Shown: positions 1 to 64,000 of the stretch, piece by piece
Layout of the letters: each line of letters opens with the position of its first letter
Position numbering within the stretch: the first letter of the stretch is position 1
NCBI GenBank assembly: GCA_030141605.1
Contig: JAQGDQ010000090.1
Coordinates: forward strand, 124,001-188,000
Reading direction: 5' to 3'
DNA length: 64,000 nucleotides
Source of the DNA: Tubiluchus corallicola
Lineage: Eukaryota > Animalia > Priapulida
Notes under the pieces: model-generated
The model's input: the letters and a program-made list of their open reading frames with translations, nothing else
Told to the model about the DNA's origin: nothing
Databases searched by the model: none
Translations under genes and position numbers: made by a program

Positions 1-238
1 TTTTAAATTGGGGCGTATAAGAAAAATCATCCTGTTTTTCTTTAACTTTTAAAAATTGCTATTACGATCAAGCTTTTGACTGTGTTAAGTATGAGGTTTA
101 CCTCGACCAAAATGTTAAATTTACTTAGTTTGTCATATTTTCAGTTTGTTTAGTCTCATATATAGCTACTCGTCCACATGTTTATGCAGCTAAAAACGAC
201 TTATTTTTGGCTAATTAGACAAAATCGTTATTTTTTAG

Positions 239-15080
<14,842 letters not shown>

Positions 15081-15693
15081 CATGTTGTAAATACAAAGAA
15101 ATTATGCTAACCATTAATTTTAGTAACGATAATACTGGCTTAGCATTTTATTTCTTTTATGAACATTCTTTATTGGCTTCCAGAATTATTATGATTAGTA
15201 AAGTCGCAAGGTTTTGTAGTGCGAATATTATATTAAATTTCAAGTCTTAAAATAGAATATGCTTTATTAAATTTAGCATCTAAGACAAGTACAGTTTTGT
15301 GACGATGGGTATGGAAATGCATCTGATATTCGTAGCTACTCTTCTACAAACAAGTGCTAATGTGTCAGAGCATTGTAAGCACATTTAAAAAGAAGAGTCT
15401 TTTACTTAGTATTAGACCGTGTATTGTACTTTGTATTTTACTTTTACATAAGACCGATGAAACTATTTTGTAAAATTCGTAAGAAATCTCCAGCTTTAGA
15501 TATATGTGTCTAAAATCTACCTGATATTTTGGATATTAAACGAGTTTACGACAATTGTACAAATTATACGATAGAATGACAATGATATCTTAGATTAGTT
15601 TTTCAAGATCAGTTCCTAATAATTTGCTTTCGTATATCCTATGACTGTAAGAAATGTGGTAAAATAGCTGTTTTTACGTTATATTTTTGACAT

Positions 15694-15783
15694 AATAAAT
15701 TTTTATGACCAAAGTTGTGAAAATGACAATTGCTTCGTCAAACGCATTTCATTGTTAGATGTTGCTTGCAGAAACAGAATAAA
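15694..15783 (+). terminator. Candidate polyadenylation signals of Dscam-A (AATAAA at 15694 and 15778)
   Basis: AATAAA hexamers about 0.6-0.7 kb after the stop in AU-rich UTR-like sequence. Confidence 0.45.
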
Positions 15784-16287
15784 TTACATAATTAAATTAC
15801 ATGGAGGGTGAGAAAAGAAAGTAATGTTATTATTAGTCAAATCAGAAAAGAATTTTCATTAGTTACATCATTGAATACTAGATTTTGTTGAAATACAGCT
15901 GTTTTGTTGAAAGACAACAGAAAATCAAGATGACATTACTTGCTCTGGACGGTAATAACCACACAAACACTTGTCAAGCAAACATGCCCAACTTAACATA
16001 ATTCATTGGTGAATTGTTGTCCTGCTGACTAAGTTTTTCAATTCTAATTCTAACAATTTCAACTCTAACAATTAATTTGGTACCGTTAAAGCTTTTCAAA
16101 TACGAGATAAACCTGAAGCGTTGGAGTAATAACGTAATAACTGAATCAGATACAGTGCATGGGGGCACATGTATAATGTATGAAGCGCATTATGCACACG
16201 CCGGCATGACGGTTTCATAAGCATTCATGCCGTAGAGAAAGAAATAATAAAGAGGGAAGAGGAGATGGGGAGAGGGAGGGAGGGAGG

Positions 16288-16531
<244 letters not shown>

Positions 16532-17377
16532 TCTTTTATTAACTTAACCTCTTTTTGCAGGTATACAAAGAATCATTTGAATTTAATACATCCAAAAGAA
16601 ATGCAATTATACATTATGACACAGTAACAAAAAGTTCAACTAGATGCAAAAACAAGTCACAAATAAATGTAAGCAATGGTAAGAACAAGTTGGCACGTTA
16701 TAAGCAGATGTTGTTTGTACATATAATACAAGAAAAATAATTACACAAAATACAACATTCACACACAAGCTATATAAATAATCACAACTAGAACTAGTAG
16801 CAACTATGGTTCAAGAAAACTTGCCCATATTTATGCTAAGCTTACTCTACATTGTTATAATTATAACAAAATATAGAAACTTACACTGCTTTTACACACT
16901 GTATACGCTAACTCGAAGTAATAGGACAACATTAGATTTTATAAATAATATCTTTCACCACTTGCATAAATTTATTACAAACTAATGCATTAATTCCCGG
17001 TTGGGCAGAACATCGATAAGATTTTTTTCTGGATTCTTGGTCAACTAAACTACAATTAAAGAGTAGATGGTCAGAAGTTTGTGCTTCCCCACTATGACAT
17101 GCGCATTCATTTGTGGCTGCTTCCCCAATACGGGAAAAAAGATCGTGTTCCTCTTTTCAATAGTAAGTTTAGTGCTTTGGTTTCAATGCACCTCTGCTTA
17201 TTGTTTAATGATAAACTTAGTGGCTTTAGTTCTGGGCTTATAATATCTGCTGTTATGTCATCTAGGTGGTTCCCATGTTTGATTTTACGCCTCCATTGCG
17301 AATTTGAAATTTCACACATTTTTGTCTGATGGAGCGTAAATTAATATATTTCAGATTACCGAGAGAGTGACAAAGAA

Positions 17378-17386
17378 CGAGAGAGA

Positions 17387-17477
<91 letters not shown>
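17378..17477. repeat. (GA)n microsatellite
   Basis: Direct reading. Confidence 0.95.
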
Positions 17478-17480
<3 letters not shown>

Positions 17481-17723
17481 GATGACAGTTTTCGACGTGA
17501 CAATAAAAAATGTAGTGCAATCAAATCAAATACATAGGATTGAAAAATTTGAAATAGAATCACGTTATTTGACAGTAACATCTCAGAAGACGTGTCAGAA
17601 AATATAGCTGGTTTGTTGTGCGTAGAATCTCAATTAGAGTGGAGACATCAGCAATTGATTCAGTTTAACGGTCGTGCAATGCTTTGCCGAAGCCATGCTC
17701 AGGTTTTTACCAGGCAGTCGAAT

Positions 17724-17745
17724 TGCGCATGCGCTCTTCACTTCA
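17724..17745 (+). promoter_or_regulatory. Candidate Dscam-B promoter: NRF1-type palindrome GCGCATGCGC plus Inr-like TCACTT
   Basis: TGCGCATGCGCTCTTCACTT in a locally GC-richer segment 1.8 kb upstream of the ATG exon, which has its own acceptor and so implies an upstream UTR exon. Confidence 0.35.
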
Positions 17746-19524
17746 CACCTTTATCTGGAAGCCCCTGGAGCATTGAGCTGCATAGCTCGTCGCGGAAGCA
17801 GCAGATCAACATCGAAGGTGTTCTGGATGGCAAACAGCCTCTGGTGGTATGAAGCAGAACTAAAGCAAGAAGGGCTTGTTGAACTACTGAAAGTGCTCGT
17901 AAAGCCAATGAGCTTAGTCTAGCTATAGGGCCGCCAAGTTAACCTACAATTGCAAATTTCGCGCATAGTATTTATGAAGAACAGAAGTTTGTTATTAAAG
18001 TTTAGAAATTACTGTTCGAGTATTATTATAAGTCGAAAGAAAACGATTTCAAATTTTCCATGTAACTTTGCGGGAAAAGACTGGTCTGAAGACAAAGAGT
18101 CTTTTTCTAAATTTTACAGGCGGATTACCTGTCTAAATTGGTTTTGGCTTTGCTATGTACCCTGTCAAATTTCTGATTTTTTCATGTGATTAAGTGTAGC
18201 TGTAAGTAGCTCATACTTTGCTTAGATAACGTGGTTTATCAGAGCAGTTTTCCTCTTTCTGTATTCCTGAGTCAGACAGATTTCTGTTTCTTTATTAATG
18301 AACCGAATCATTGGGTCGATTCAGTTCTAATTAGCAATTTAGGTAACCGTACGACTGAACGTAATCTTAATAACTGCAGCACCGGCGTATTGCTAATAAC
18401 CACATTAAACCTGCGAGGTACTCACACCAAGGTGCAAAACTCATTTATATACGCATCTAATAAAGCATTCGATCCGGAAATCAATATTGCATGTGTTTGT
18501 TTTTACGCCAGAGATTCTTAATCAACTTGGAGATGCTCAGAGACGTTCCGCGTCTCCCTGTCGTTCGTACAGCTCCTTGTGGGTATCCAAAGATGCCCGA
18601 AGTTTTACTGAATGCGCAAAAATCGGAGCGAATTCGCAGTTTATAAAGGCATTCCGTTTTTAGGAGCAGACAGAAGGGTGTATGCTGTATAAGCTGGAAG
18701 AGAACAAATATCTAAACACCTGTTTATCTGTGTAGCCTTGTAAAATTTGTGAACTGCAATGACAATTATTTGCTGCAGGAATGAACTGATTAAGTGTGAA
18801 GCTAACATGTGAATTGCTGCTGTTATCTGATGTACATGTAGTGATGCAAACGAATATGTATGTTATTTGTGGATGTTTCACTTTACGGGAAAAGCCAAAG
18901 TTTCATTTCACAGACGGTTGTAAAATGTAAACCCTGAAAATGTATTACGGCTCCAGAGGACGGTTAATGTACGCTAGAGAGTTCAGAATGCGAAGTAATT
19001 TTACTGATAGCTTGTGTTTTTGAGGAAGCCATCAAGACCGCCTTGGGACGCAAATAAACAAATAAGCTGAGCATAAATTCGTACGAATGTTCCCGCAAAA
19101 GTGTTCAGGTTTGCGTGCGCTTTCTGGATGAAGTCCATTCAGATTCCACATGTAAATGCCAAACTGATAAAGAAAGAGAAGCCATAACTATACACGAAGC
19201 GTAATGCAGAATTGATGCTTATTACACAGGGAATATGGAAAGTAGTGATTATATCTAAAGTGCTTTTCAGAATGCAGGAGTTTTTTCCATTCTCGGTTCA
19301 ATATAAACACATGTTGAGAGCATTGCTATGCAAACCTTGGACGAGGAAGCCTTAGAGGAACTCTTCAGGGAATTTACTCACGTCTGCTAATGAGAATTCG
19401 TTACTACGTGAAATAAAATTATAACGCATCCTTGACATGAAAAAGAAGTGAGTCTAGGAGAACATTAGCATTTGTGTGAATAACTTTCATTATTTTCATC
19501 TGAACAGTGCCTGCTGCCGCTACC

Positions 19525-63709
<44,185 letters not shown>

Positions 63710-63901
63710 GTATGTAACTTTAGCCTAAAATGAATACTTTACGTGACTTTACGTAATAAAGTCGATGTTAAATAAAAACAACTGCAATGACAGCAATGAT
63801 AACAGCAACAGCAACAACAGCAATGGCAGCAGCAGCAGCAGTACCTTAAGTAGTAGCAGGAGCAATAACAACAGTAACAGCATTGTCAAAACACACACGC
63901 A

Positions 63902-63973
<72 letters not shown>

Positions 63974-64000
63974 ACGATGGTGACGGCGATGATGGCGACA

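Noticed and set aside
17827-17922. ATG ORF MANSLWWYEAELKQEGLVELLKVLVKPMSLV as the first coding exon of Dscam-B
   Set aside because: Not a signal peptide and no convincing phase-1 donor; at most a uORF in a putative 5' UTR.

Overview
AT-rich, microsatellite-rich animal genomic DNA with GT-AG spliced genes. The window holds two head-to-tail, same-strand (+) Dscam-family genes (Ig/FNIII cell-adhesion receptors), reconstructed exon by exon from splice sites and phases. Dscam-A (239-15080) is the 3' half of one gene: FN1-FN4, intercalated Ig10, FN5-FN6, transmembrane exon and a 7-exon cytoplasmic tail ending in the PDZ-type motif HYTFV*. Dscam-B (19525 to beyond the window end) runs from a 43-nt signal-peptide exon through a 17.4-kb intron, Ig1-Ig9 and FN1-FN3. 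The shared FN1-FN3 exons have identical intron phases and near-identical lengths, but FN1 is only about 50-57% identical at the protein level, so these are old tandem paralogs. The tail carries vertebrate-DSCAM-like motifs and Dscam-B has no mutually exclusive exon arrays. This points to a Dscam tandem gene cluster in a probably non-pancrustacean animal. There are also decayed exon or splice-site duplications (TM exon, the Drosophila exon-4-equivalent acceptor, a tail donor), a GC-AG intron, a truncated LINE, SINE and MITE remnants, and many micro- and minisatellites. The species cannot be determined from the sequence alone.
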